Below, in pieces: positions 1 through 9,537 of a stretch of 64,000 bases of DNA. Location of the stretch: positions 8,237 through 72,236 of IMG/VR virus record IMGVR_UViG_3300045995_000065; one strand, given 5' to 3'. Position 1 is the first letter of the stretch; the number at the start of each line of letters is the position of its first letter. The notes beneath the pieces are model-generated. The model was not told where the DNA came from, searched no databases, and worked only from the letters and a program-made list of their open reading frames with translations. This stretch comes from a virus. A program made the translations under genes and the position numbers.

Positions 1-407
1 GATGCCAGCGCACCAATTCGGTTTAAGTAATGCATTTTTCCAGTTAAGAACAATGCTTTGTCAGCATTGCGATTCCACTCAGTGTCTGGTGGGTTAGACA
101 ACACCTTGACAAACATTGCCCAGTAACTAATATAAACGATGTCTATACCTTCCCACAGGTGCGAAAATTGCTTGTACTGATCGTCAGCGATGACTGTTAG
201 TTTCTTGTTTTTATTTTTGGCCAATTCACGTATGCATGTGAGTGTTTCTATTACCTCTGGGGTACCAGGAAAGAACTCGTAAATTAAAAAAGCTATAACA
301 TGGTCTGCCTCACTGTTGGAGTCAAACCATGCTTCTAGCTCAATGCTTAATAGTTTTGGGTGGGCGAAACACATAAAAGAATGTAATTCCAGCAATGACG
401 TTATCAT
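1..407 (-). CDS. Hypothetical protein, partial (runs off the left edge); possibly related to the 5709..6857 family
   Basis: Manual translation from ATG 407 (MITSLLELHSF...KALFLTGKMHYLNRIG) is open to position 1; TAAATA lies 4 nt upstream; absent from the ORF track. Confidence 0.6.
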   Translation of the reverse strand, partial: MITSLLELHSFMCFAHPKLLSIELEAWFDSNSEADHVIAFLIYEFFPGTPEVIETLTCIRELAKNKNKKLTVIADDQYKQFSHLWEGIDIVYISYWAMFVKVLSNPPDTEWNRNADKALFLTGKMHYLNRIGALA

Positions 408-437
408 GCTGTATTTATTTTCGCCACTATACCCGTA

Positions 438-683
438 TTATTTTGCAGTCTTAAAATACTTAGCAAAGTCTTGGTTCACAAACTTTTGCGATGCTGTCAC
501 GGTTTCGGAATACAAAGACGTACCAACATCAGTGAAAGCCTTTACAGCTTCCTTAGTGTAAGTTGCTTGCGTGTCGACAAACTTGTTCATTGCCTTTGCA
601 GCCGCTTCATTCTTGACGAATGTAGTAACGAATTGCTTCTTGGACTTAACGACGGAATTGATGAAATCTTCTGGTGTAAACAT
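438..683 (-). CDS. Phasin-like (PHA granule-associated) small helical protein
   Basis: 81 aa amphipathic Ala/Lys/Thr-rich helix (MFTPEDFINSVVKSKKQFV...QATYTKEAVKAF); SD AAGGAG before ATG 683; PhaR-type palindrome upstream. Confidence 0.55.
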   Translation of the reverse strand: MFTPEDFINSVVKSKKQFVTTFVKNEAAAKAMNKFVDTQATYTKEAVKAFTDVGTSLYSETVTASQKFVNQDFAKYFKTAK

Positions 684-712
684 AATATTCTCCTTAGACG
701 AATGTTTAATAC

Positions 713-742
713 TATGCAGCCCACGGAATGTAGCACTGCACA
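713..742 (-). promoter_or_regulatory. 5'-leader hairpin with bulged G, shared with hsp20 leader
   Basis: Minus strand UGUGCAGU-G-CUAC-AUUCC-GUGG-GCUGCAUA directly after TAAATA (746-751). Confidence 0.6.
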
Positions 743-757
743 AAGTATTTATGTATT

Positions 758-774
758 ATGCTGCATTGCAGCAT
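758..774. promoter_or_regulatory. Perfect palindrome ATGCTGCA-T-TGCAGCAT, PhaR-type operator
   Basis: 17-bp inverted repeat containing CTGC-N3-GCAG, just upstream of the phasin-like gene promoter. Confidence 0.6.
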
Positions 775-842
775 TTTTAGCAAGTATTCTGGCTAAATTG
801 CTTTGCGCTAAATACTTGCTACATCATTTAAGGAGAATATAG

Positions 843-1109
843 ATGTTTAAGAAAATTATTGACGCTACAGTTGCGTTTTTCAAAGGACCACAAATTGCGC
901 CAGTTGTTCCTGAAGCACCTTACAAATTGGAGGCACCAGTTGTTGTAGAAACTCCTATGGTAAATCCAGTACCCGAAGTAGCACCAGTGGTTGAGGCAGT
1001 TAAAAAGCCACGCAAGCCAAGAGCACCTAAAGTCGAAGTTAAACCAGTCGCAAAAAAGCCAGCTGCTAAAAAAGCGCCGGCTAAGAAAACTACTAAGCCT
1101 AAAGCTTAA
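843..1109 (+). CDS. Small Pro/Val-rich protein with histone H1-like Lys/Ala/Pro tail
   Basis: C-terminus KPVAKKPAAKKAPAKKTTKPKA; SD AAGGAG; TAAATA at 809-814. Confidence 0.65.
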   Translation: MFKKIIDATVAFFKGPQIAPVVPEAPYKLEAPVVVETPMVNPVPEVAPVVEAVKKPRKPRAPKVEVKPVAKKPAAKKAPAKKTTKPKA

Positions 1110-2062
1110 TCTAGTATCCCAAAGTTTGCCCAATTAGCGGCACCCAGACAAACCCAACCCATTGGTCCGCCCAAGGTTGGGTTTGTGTTGAATACAATGT
1201 GACCTTTTGTGCTGGTGTATGATGGCGGCTGATTTGCCGCACTCAGCTTAACACTGCCTATACGCAAGTCGGATATTTCAGTTGTGCCATCAGTATTCAA
1301 TGTGATGTTATGTTTGTTGTTGGAAGATAATACCACAGCTTGTGCACGTGGTGTACCAATCTTAGCAACGCCCTCTTTATCCTTAGACACAGTGACTTCT
1401 ACTTCTTGATCCCAAATACTGAGTGCAGCAGATGGCTCTAAAGTATTGATGCCCACTCGTTTCTTCGTTACGTACAGTGTATTGGCAAGCACTGATTCTC
1501 CGTCTACTTGTAATTCACGCAACGCTCCTACTTTTTGCAAAAAGCTTTCGGTAATATCAAAGCCAAGCATCTTGCCTTCAATTACCGTAACACCATCAAT
1601 AGTAATCTTCTTTAAGTCGATTCCGTCTGCTTTGATAGTGTCGGTTACTTTTTGCGTGAAGCCTGCAAACATGTCAGCTTCCAATGATGCTTGAACATTA
1701 GCAGTAACCGTTGATGACAATTGTTTGTAAAACACAGAATCTTCTGGTACCGGGCCTTCAACAATGAACTTGCCCTTGACAGTTAAGTCCTTGGTAAGCA
1801 AATTGTTTTCCACGACGGTAACATCGTCCATCAGTGTAAGTACGCATTCAGATGCACGATCGTCTATACCAGTAGAAGAGAAGTTAGCAATGATGCCGCC
1901 TTGAATCTGCTCGCCAGTAATCGTGATCTCGCGCTGTCTAACCGCTACAGCAGGAATGCTTGCAGTTGGATATTTTTCGCGCTTAAGGAGTTTTGCTGTA
2001 ACAAAATCCTCGATGTATTGTTTAATCTCGTCTGTCAGTTCTGTTTGTGTTGAATCGGTCAT
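1106..2062 (-). CDS. Putative virion structural protein (beta-rich, fibre-like)
   Basis: VGINTLEPSAALSI segment and C-terminal GWVCL..W..FG, as seen in phage fibre proteins. Confidence 0.45.
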   Translation of the reverse strand: MTDSTQTELTDEIKQYIEDFVTAKLLKREKYPTASIPAVAVRQREITITGEQIQGGIIANFSSTGIDDRASECVLTLMDDVTVVENNLLTKDLTVKGKFIVEGPVPEDSVFYKQLSSTVTANVQASLEADMFAGFTQKVTDTIKADGIDLKKITIDGVTVIEGKMLGFDITESFLQKVGALRELQVDGESVLANTLYVTKKRVGINTLEPSAALSIWDQEVEVTVSKDKEGVAKIGTPRAQAVVLSSNNKHNITLNTDGTTEISDLRIGSVKLSAANQPPSYTSTKGHIVFNTNPTLGGPMGWVCLGAANWANFGILD

Positions 2063-2798
2063 AGGTCTCGTCGAATTTAATGCTAACTACGTGTTCGTAA
2101 TTCTTCTTGATAGGGCTCTTGTACATCAAATTCTTGTGTACAATGAAGTCGTCTGCGCCTGCGTCCATACTAAACTTTGCTAACTGTTTGAAGTACATTG
2201 TGTGGCGTTTGAATGAGCCATACACTGTCAACGAATCAGTCGCATTGTTAATCTCGTATACTTTGGATTCCCATTGTGTACGACTTGTTGTCGTCCAATT
2301 ATGGAACTCATTGAATACCAAACTGTCTGCACCGTTACGGATAACTGCTGGTGTCGAAAACTCTCTATCTTTGAAATCTTGATTTTTGTAATCGCGTAAT
2401 GTACTTATCACAAATTCTTTAGCCAAAGAACAAATCTTGCTCACTTTGTCAATTTGAGTTTGTGAATTGGTGGCATAGGTGAAATACTCATCAGCAGCCA
2501 CGACGACATCATAAGACTTTTCAATCGCAGCCAATTGTATGTAGGTGTACTTGACTTTTTTCTCGTCTAAATAAGCACGGGCAGCATCACTTATCTCAGT
2601 GACGAATATTTCCTGCTTTACATTACTGCTAATAATTGCTGGATTAAATCCGCAAAAAAGCACAGTACCAGGAATGAAATTGTAGTAGTCATAAACACCG
2701 TCTAGTATAGCTTGTTTTTTAAGTATGATCTCGGCTGCTTTGCTCGAAGCCTTTAATGCGGATAAGTTAGCGTCAGTATAGTTTGTAAAATCAGTCAT
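2022..2798 (-). CDS. Hypothetical protein, possible degenerate methyltransferase-like fold
   Basis: 258-aa ORF; 'TVLFCG', 'YDVVVAADEYFTY'; TAAATA upstream at 2824-2829. Confidence 0.4.
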   Translation of the reverse strand: MTDFTNYTDANLSALKASSKAAEIILKKQAILDGVYDYYNFIPGTVLFCGFNPAIISSNVKQEIFVTEISDAARAYLDEKKVKYTYIQLAAIEKSYDVVVAADEYFTYATNSQTQIDKVSKICSLAKEFVISTLRDYKNQDFKDREFSTPAVIRNGADSLVFNEFHNWTTTSRTQWESKVYEINNATDSLTVYGSFKRHTMYFKQLAKFSMDAGADDFIVHKNLMYKSPIKKNYEHVVSIKFDETYDRFNTNRTDRRD

Positions 2799-2826
2799 GC
2801 CATTATTGTAATAGTTGTGTAACTAT

Positions 2827-3744
2827 TTATGGCGAGCGCACTAAATCTAACGTAACGCAATGGAAGCCACCGCCCAACGTGCGTGAATGACGCAATTCAA
2901 GGGGAATAGATTCAATTTTGTACTTCTTTAGTGTTTGCATTAACGATGATTGTTTTTTATCTACTATTACCAAATTAGGATTGACCACTAGCATGTTCAT
3001 GGCAATCCATTTGCTTGCGTAAGGATACTCGTAAAATTGTTGCGGGACTACATCAGAATGTGACACCCAAATCTTTTCCCAATTTTCAAAAGCCTTAGGA
3101 ACAGTTGTTGGATGCACACGGGATGCATTGAGCATTACGAGACCTTCACGTAGCGGCACTATAGTAGAGTCAATATGTACGCCGCTGTAAAAGTTACAAG
3201 TTTCTATTGTAACATGGGGGAGGATGCTTTGCAACCAGTCAGCAGCCGCTTTGTTGCCACTTGCGCTTTCCAGCACGACATAGGTGTCATTTAGTCTGCA
3301 TACGTTAGCAGCATCAAGAACCATACCTTTGTTGCGCGGCATTTCGTAAACTACGCCACGCTTAGTGACATCTTTGAGTGCTCTGGTTTCCATGTCCCTG
3401 CATGGATACATCATTACTGGGTCAATGATCTTTGTGCCCGCAATGAGCAGCCTGTCTCGCGGACAGTAATTGTACATACCACCTTCATAACCAAAGTCCA
3501 TTTCTGCGGGACGCAGGACTTCTACGCCAAGGTTGCGAAGTGTGGTTGAGAGGGTTTCTAAGTCCTCGTTTGATTCGTCAACAACGTGCTTAGGTACACG
3601 ACCAGACGGAACAGGAGTTTCGTGCCAGGTTGTTTTATATTTTTCTTCAGCAAAGACTGGATCTTTGGTGGGCCAATGTGCGTGGGTGGCATCACCTACT
3701 ACGCAAACTTTAAGAGGGTCCCATTCGTTGTGTGAGTGTATCAT
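2827..3744 (-). CDS. Amidinotransferase (glycine/inosamine-phosphate amidinotransferase family)
   Basis: N-terminal EWDPLK..VVG, CPRD, DAAN, HIDST and C-terminal GGGFHCVT catalytic Cys motif. Confidence 0.9.
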   Translation of the reverse strand: MIHSHNEWDPLKVCVVGDATHAHWPTKDPVFAEEKYKTTWHETPVPSGRVPKHVVDESNEDLETLSTTLRNLGVEVLRPAEMDFGYEGGMYNYCPRDRLLIAGTKIIDPVMMYPCRDMETRALKDVTKRGVVYEMPRNKGMVLDAANVCRLNDTYVVLESASGNKAAADWLQSILPHVTIETCNFYSGVHIDSTIVPLREGLVMLNASRVHPTTVPKAFENWEKIWVSHSDVVPQQFYEYPYASKWIAMNMLVVNPNLVIVDKKQSSLMQTLKKYKIESIPLELRHSRTLGGGFHCVTLDLVRSP

Positions 3745-3986
3745 TCGTATTTCAACTTTGCCCAGAGGCGGTGAGTTTCGTTTGGTATATGGAAGCTTGC
3801 ACAGTTTCCCTTTTCGTCGGTCCAGTGGTTAAAGAACTCTGCTTGCACTTTTTGCATTTCGCACCAATGGTGAAATTCATCAAACCATGCTGTAATGCCA
3901 TCACGATCGCAGTTCATTTTAGCCACTATTATTTCGTGAGTGGGAACATTTAGTCGAAGCTCAAATGGCGTTAATGTCATCGCCAA
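3741..3986 (-). CDS. Small hypothetical protein (W-C...F..E...LK[YW] family)
   Basis: Overlapping start/stop with both neighbours; shared C-terminal pattern. Confidence 0.55.
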   Translation of the reverse strand: MAMTLTPFELRLNVPTHEIIVAKMNCDRDGITAWFDEFHHWCEMQKVQAEFFNHWTDEKGNCASFHIPNETHRLWAKLKYE

Positions 3987-4495
3987 CCTGTAATTTGCAG
4001 TGTGTAGCGATCTTCTTCGCCTAAGTTAGCCGCAGCATGTGGTGTGTCGTATTCCCACCACGCAGTTTGTCCAGCTTTCCAATCAACGATTGGTTTGCCA
4101 TTTACTTCGGAGTAATGACCGCTTTTCCAATCTTCTAGGAATACCACGGCACGATTGATTCTGTGTTCGGCTCCAGCGAGACTATGTAGTTGAATATATT
4201 TGACATATAGATCAGAGTGATTTGGCATGACGGTGCCAGTGGCCATACGGTAATAAGAAGTCCCAACATTTTTCCATCCCATTGCTTCAAAGATTTTAAT
4301 AAACTTTTTGTTCCAACTTGGCTGCTCTGAGCGCATATCGCACATAGCACCTGTGATTTTGTCGCTGTAACCCATTGCGAGCCACCTGCGTACACTCTCC
4401 TGGTCGTTAAACGGCTCGTGTATGTAATCTAAAGATTTAAATTCGTCGTCCCAAAATTTTGGGAGCATGAATTTATTTGATACGTGTGTTGCCAT
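3977..4495 (-). CDS. 2OG-Fe(II) oxygenase
   Basis: HxD (NHSD), distal H (PHAAAN) and R (RYTLQITG) of the double-stranded beta-helix dioxygenases. Confidence 0.75.
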   Translation of the reverse strand: MATHVSNKFMLPKFWDDEFKSLDYIHEPFNDQESVRRWLAMGYSDKITGAMCDMRSEQPSWNKKFIKIFEAMGWKNVGTSYYRMATGTVMPNHSDLYVKYIQLHSLAGAEHRINRAVVFLEDWKSGHYSEVNGKPIVDWKAGQTAWWEYDTPHAAANLGEEDRYTLQITGWR

Positions 4496-5708
4496 AATGG
4501 ATCACCTTAATGTTTTTGTTTGTGGATGTATAAGTACGCCACGGATCAACCACAATGCTTCCGTCGTGTATGTCACAGTAGACACCTTGCTTTTGTCCAC
4601 CTGCGTAACCGTAAGTTACGTTGGCATTATGCGCCAATAAAACTACACCAACTACTGGCTCAGTAGCGATATCGTTTGTTAACGGATCAACATAGAATGG
4701 CTTTGTGCCTGTTAACTGCTCTATGTAATGTCCTACTAGCAAGCTATACGACCCATCAGTGTACGACACGTTAGGCTTGTATGCTTTGCCGTGTATGAAG
4801 ATAGGCAAGTCATTGAATGCTGCTTTTTTAACCAGGAACAAAGCAAGGTTCTCTGCTTGAATTTCTCTGGCATGCATAATTGCGTCAAAGAGATCGTAAC
4901 CTAAATTCAACTGCTCTGCTAAATGCCTTAGTGCAATGTTGTCACGTGGGTGGCAGGGCCCGGCATCTCCCATCCCTGCGGTCATGTACTTGGGACCCAT
5001 TATCCGCATCGTACTTTTTGCGAGCGCTGTGGTAACTACATCTACATTAATGTTACCTTGTTTGATGGCCACATCTTGAATCATGTTGGCTAAACCAATC
5101 TTCGCGCTTATATAAGTGTTGTAGAACACCTTAATGCACTCTGCTTCGTCCCACGTTCCAACCTCGTAGCGAGGATCGTTTTGCATGATGGGCTTATAGA
5201 AGTCAATAAGCGTCTTAGCATCACCAGTCAACGATCCATCCTCTGTTCCTATGATGACCATTTCTGGATTAACCATATCCCACGCAACTGATCCCATTGC
5301 GATTAGGTATGGATTGTAAATAAACTTTGCATTATAAATGAGTGGTTGCAACTCACGGCGAACTGTACCTGGTAGCACAGTGGAAATGAGCACTACTAAC
5401 TGATGCGACAGTGCAACTTTGTTGATTTCGAATAAAACATCTTTAACTGTCGCGTAATCAAAGTCTTTGTTTGGTAAATGGGCAATTGGTGCTGAGCCAT
5501 CGTAAGCAGGATCGTGCGGCGTTTGCACTGCGACAAAAATGATATCTTGCCCCAAAACGGCTTTGTGCAGTTTGTTAACGATATTAATCTTGTCACTTGT
5601 CTTGGGGTAAATATCGTAACCAGTAACATTATAGTGCTCGCCCATTGCTTCTGCACATGGCATGCCTAACTTACCAATTCCAATAAACCCTACATTTTTG
5701 ATTTCCAT
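4473..5708 (-). CDS. UDP-glucose/GDP-mannose dehydrogenase family protein
   Basis: GFIGIGKLG Rossmann motif, AVQTP, STVLPGT, KVFYN, AGPCHPRD catalytic Cys, GKAYKPN. Confidence 0.9.
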   Translation of the reverse strand: MEIKNVGFIGIGKLGMPCAEAMGEHYNVTGYDIYPKTSDKINIVNKLHKAVLGQDIIFVAVQTPHDPAYDGSAPIAHLPNKDFDYATVKDVLFEINKVALSHQLVVLISTVLPGTVRRELQPLIYNAKFIYNPYLIAMGSVAWDMVNPEMVIIGTEDGSLTGDAKTLIDFYKPIMQNDPRYEVGTWDEAECIKVFYNTYISAKIGLANMIQDVAIKQGNINVDVVTTALAKSTMRIMGPKYMTAGMGDAGPCHPRDNIALRHLAEQLNLGYDLFDAIMHAREIQAENLALFLVKKAAFNDLPIFIHGKAYKPNVSYTDGSYSLLVGHYIEQLTGTKPFYVDPLTNDIATEPVVGVVLLAHNANVTYGYAGGQKQGVYCDIHDGSIVVDPWRTYTSTNKNIKVIHYGNTRIK

Positions 5709-6857
5709 ATGATTCCTGTTGATAACTTTTATAATGTATTGTACGCTAATCTATTTAACAAGTCTATGGACCCTCGGTTCATATATTTCCTAAATTTTAC
5801 TACCAATGTTACCACATCAGATTTATTTTTGTCGTGGACTCCGATGCCCAGCGTAAACGTGTTGTCTAAAAATGACATAACTTTGTTTTACGACCAAGAA
5901 CCAATTTTCTTAGAATCAACCAAGCAAGTGTTGAATTTAGTAATGACTCTGGATGAATGGCAAGAGCATTCTGGAAATATGATCCTGGGAAATTCGGAAT
6001 ATTCCGACGTAAAAACTAAACTGTGCGCTGAGCATAACTTCAATGATTGGTATTACTTTTACCATGGATTTGCAGCACTAGATTGGTACCGGGATTACAA
6101 ATATTTCCCTAAGAGCAAATTTAAATTTGATAAAGTATTTATGTCTCTTAATCATTTGATGACAACTGACAGATCATATCGCTTAACTTTGGTTGCCAAC
6201 TACATGCAAGAAGGATTAATGGGCAAGGGCATAGTAAGTTTGCCGTTACGTGACAAGAATAGAACAATCAATGAAGAGCTATTTTCGCAGGACTCAAAGC
6301 TGTCCAAAGCAGCAAAGCGATTAGTGTTTGAATACCTTTCCCCGCTAACACAACCATTTATCGCTGATACTGAATACCCAGATGGTTATATGAGCGCAGC
6401 TACAGATTTTGATTTCCAACGCACAGCATTTTGGCATGTAGTAGCAGAGACTGTGTTCTACCACAAGAAGCTGCATTTGACTGAGAAGATATTCAAGCCT
6501 ATTATTGCTCGCCGTCCGTTCCTGTTAGTAGCAGCGCCAGGTAACCTAGCATACTTAAAGAGCTATGGGTTCAAAACGTTCTATAAATGGGTAGACGAAT
6601 CGTACGACAACGAGCAAGATGATGACAAGCGCATTGCTATGGTCGTCGCACAGCTAAAGAAGTTGTGCGCAATGAACAAGGACGACTTGTATGAGATGCA
6701 GCAAGAGATGGACGACATACTGGACTACAACTTCAATCACTTCTACGGCAATTTTAAGCAGATTATTGTTACTGAAATGCTTGATAACTTCAAGAAACTA
6801 CCTATTAACCACGGAGACATTAACTTCACAGAAGTATACGATCGCCTAATGCGCTAA
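5709..6857 (+). CDS. Conserved phage protein, glycosyltransferase-like C-terminus
   Basis: VVAETVFY..LTEKIFKPI..RPFLLV..G.L..LKSYGFKTF motif; head-to-head with the sugar dehydrogenase. Confidence 0.5.
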   Translation: MIPVDNFYNVLYANLFNKSMDPRFIYFLNFTTNVTTSDLFLSWTPMPSVNVLSKNDITLFYDQEPIFLESTKQVLNLVMTLDEWQEHSGNMILGNSEYSDVKTKLCAEHNFNDWYYFYHGFAALDWYRDYKYFPKSKFKFDKVFMSLNHLMTTDRSYRLTLVANYMQEGLMGKGIVSLPLRDKNRTINEELFSQDSKLSKAAKRLVFEYLSPLTQPFIADTEYPDGYMSAATDFDFQRTAFWHVVAETVFYHKKLHLTEKIFKPIIARRPFLLVAAPGNLAYLKSYGFKTFYKWVDESYDNEQDDDKRIAMVVAQLKKLCAMNKDDLYEMQQEMDDILDYNFNHFYGNFKQIIVTEMLDNFKKLPINHGDINFTEVYDRLMR

Positions 6858-6864
6858 ATACTGT

Positions 6865-7779
6865 ATGAAAATAAATGAGATCATCTGCGAAGACGTGTCA
6901 CAAGGCGACTTTGCTCAAATAGAGCGATTTGCTGATGCGCTATGGGGCAGGCTTGGCATTGACGTAAAATTTACTTGGCACTTCATGCAACGTGTAAACG
7001 ATGTGCGCAACGGTAAGCCTATCACCACGGCTGAGCTTATTCGTATGTTCAAGAAGGAATATATGAAGTACGGCAAAGATGTGTCTAGCATGGACAACTC
7101 AGTAGAAGCAGTCTTCAAAGATGCGATGACTGCTATCAACTTGCCATTCGTTATCAAAGACACCCCGCAAGGTAAAGAGCTTATCGCCAAGACTACGATG
7201 CGTAAGCCTAACTTTAAGACTCGTCCCGGCCAACCAACGTATGTCATTGACGATGTTAACTTGCCTAAAGATCAGTGGGAGACATTGATCTCTACTGCTG
7301 ACAAAGAGGAGGTTGGTGACAACCTTGTGCAGTTAGTGCAGCAAGCATATAACGCTACACCTGAAGGTAGCTTTGTAAACAGTATGAAAGACGTCATCCC
7401 GTCTGACTGGGAAGTAATTGACTGGGACGGCGACCAAAGTATCAATGCCACAGTATTCTTCCGCAAGCCACGTGGCAATGAAAACTGGCAAGGCTATAAG
7501 ATACAAGGGTTGGGTCACGATGGCCAACGTGCGTCTAAGGATCGCGCTATCAAGAAGATGATACAGATGCTTGAGACTCGTGGTTATTGGTTAGAAGGAT
7601 CAGACGCAATGCGGGCAGTGCTTAAACGTTACCAAGTCATTGCAGTGTCAAACGAGCAATTCCTGCAGCGTCTGTTCAATGACTCACAGCTACGCATGGT
7701 GAACCACGACACATACCAACGTAAACTAAGCAACCGTGTCATCACTGAATCTGTCTTTGGAAGGCCTATTCTGCGATGA
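6865..7779 (+). CDS. Two-domain putative internal virion protein (MKINEII leader; C-terminal GNAT-like domain)
   Basis: Leader MKINEIICE; TAAATA 4 nt upstream; second domain KIQGLGHDG...YWLEGS. Confidence 0.5.
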   Translation: MKINEIICEDVSQGDFAQIERFADALWGRLGIDVKFTWHFMQRVNDVRNGKPITTAELIRMFKKEYMKYGKDVSSMDNSVEAVFKDAMTAINLPFVIKDTPQGKELIAKTTMRKPNFKTRPGQPTYVIDDVNLPKDQWETLISTADKEEVGDNLVQLVQQAYNATPEGSFVNSMKDVIPSDWEVIDWDGDQSINATVFFRKPRGNENWQGYKIQGLGHDGQRASKDRAIKKMIQMLETRGYWLEGSDAMRAVLKRYQVIAVSNEQFLQRLFNDSQLRMVNHDTYQRKLSNRVITESVFGRPILR

Positions 7780-8606
7780 AGATAAACGAGATCATTACTG
7801 AATTGCGCAAAGCAAAACCTCGCGAACCAAAAGCAGGTGATACAACTCCGCACGATTACAATCCTGGGTGGGAGACACTAAACTACCTTAAAGAGCAAGC
7901 ATTCAAACAAGGTCAGCGTTTAGCTGAAAGCTATCAGTTATTCATGCCACGTAGAAACAATGGTGCGCAGCCAGCTCGTGATCGCAGGATGGCAAATATA
8001 GGAAACAAATGGGCCTGGGACGAAACTGATCCTACACAGCTTAAGCCGCAGTACGCAAGGTGGGAGCAGGGACAAAAGGATCTAAGTCCCAATGGTATGC
8101 AAGATGACGAAGTGACGGAAGCAGCACCAATACTAAAACCAGGTAAGGCAGAGTCTCCCCCTGGCAATAACAAACCACACGCTGACCTATGGACAAGCAC
8201 TGCTAAACGTGGTGGTGATGGCGCTTACACAAGTGATTGGGTACGCTATGTCAATGATGCAGGGCACGATTGGATGGCACCAAAAGGTTACCTATACAAA
8301 GTCAAACCTGGTGCATTGATACTAGAATTAAACAGCGACCACGATGCTGAACGTATCTATCAAGCATTTGAAAGTTTAGGCACAGCACAACCTATTGACT
8401 ACAGTAGTTCATACGGTAGATTAACAAAAGCATTTCCGTGGGATCAAGTTGTAAAACATTTTGATGGTGTGCGCCACGGGGGATACAATAGTCGTGACGA
8501 TTTTATATACGGTTGGGATTGTGAATCAACTGCATGGTTTAACACTAGCTTCTTAACATTGGTAGCGGAGGTTCCTATCTCCCGCTACAGGGAAGACGAA
8601 TACTAA
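7776..8606 (+). CDS. Putative internal virion protein; C-terminal ART-like domain
   Basis: Leader MKINEIITE; internal VTE/AAP junction; LWTS...FDGV...WDCES motifs. Confidence 0.45.
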   Translation: MKINEIITELRKAKPREPKAGDTTPHDYNPGWETLNYLKEQAFKQGQRLAESYQLFMPRRNNGAQPARDRRMANIGNKWAWDETDPTQLKPQYARWEQGQKDLSPNGMQDDEVTEAAPILKPGKAESPPGNNKPHADLWTSTAKRGGDGAYTSDWVRYVNDAGHDWMAPKGYLYKVKPGALILELNSDHDAERIYQAFESLGTAQPIDYSSSYGRLTKAFPWDQVVKHFDGVRHGGYNSRDDFIYGWDCESTAWFNTSFLTLVAEVPISRYREDEY

Positions 8607-8607
8607 A

Positions 8608-9537
8608 ATGAAGATAAACGAGATCTTAACAGAAGAAGAGGCGCCGATCCTTCCCAAGCGAGTAACTGACAAGGAGTTGGTTGCGCTATTGGGTAAGGGT
8701 AAGACCAATGCTATGCTTCGTCACCCTTGGTTCCAACGCTACTCCAACTATCAAAAGGCATACCGCTATGCAAAAGACAAATGGGGCTTTGTCACTGTTG
8801 ACATGTTCCCTTTCTTTGTAGAGCACAATAGAACTCCTGATGGCGGCATTCGTCCTACCATCTATGTGTCGTTCATCTTCTCTTACTCTGGTACCAAGGT
8901 AGTGCAAGCACATCAGTTTACACGCCCATTGGTGCCTGATGAGTTTGAATTGAATAACAAGATTACTGGTGGGTGGCAGCACGGCACGACTTGGAAGGTA
9001 GACAAAGTAAAAGAAGATACTTACCAACCACCAGAGCTACACACTGGTGACAAGATTCTCAAGGGCAAGTTTAAGAACAGTCCCGCCACGATTAAAGGCT
9101 TCTCTAAAGACAAACACAACCAGCCAGTGCTAAAGACTGACAAAGGTGCAGTGCAATTGTTCAAGCCCCGTGTCACGAAGTTGATGACAAACGAATCAGT
9201 GATGCCTGGTACTTACGTGCACGAAACATCTCCAGAGAAGGCTGCGCAAATTGCAAAGATGGGGTTCAAGCCATCGTACGAAGGCATCTTCTTTAACCGC
9301 GACGGTACAGGTTACTCGGGTGGTGGTTACGGTGGCGCATTGATAACAGTGCAGCTAAACATCACTAAGTTACTTGACATGGACGGTGACGCAGAAATGC
9401 CAGAGGACTTAGACGAGTTTGCTGATGGTGAAGAGATTGCCCAGTACGCACGTAGTCACGGTTACCAAGCTTGGGCTGATGACTTACAAATCGCTGTACT
9501 TGACCCACGTTGCATCAAAATCGTGAGCATTAAATGA
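8608..9537 (+). CDS. Three-domain putative internal virion protein; C-terminal ADP-ribosyltransferase-like domain
   Basis: Leader MKINEILTEE; C-terminal HETS...I...GF...GIFF...YG...GY...QIAVLDP..IKI pattern. Confidence 0.5.
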   Translation: MKINEILTEEEAPILPKRVTDKELVALLGKGKTNAMLRHPWFQRYSNYQKAYRYAKDKWGFVTVDMFPFFVEHNRTPDGGIRPTIYVSFIFSYSGTKVVQAHQFTRPLVPDEFELNNKITGGWQHGTTWKVDKVKEDTYQPPELHTGDKILKGKFKNSPATIKGFSKDKHNQPVLKTDKGAVQLFKPRVTKLMTNESVMPGTYVHETSPEKAAQIAKMGFKPSYEGIFFNRDGTGYSGGGYGGALITVQLNITKLLDMDGDAEMPEDLDEFADGEEIAQYARSHGYQAWADDLQIAVLDPRCIKIVSIK

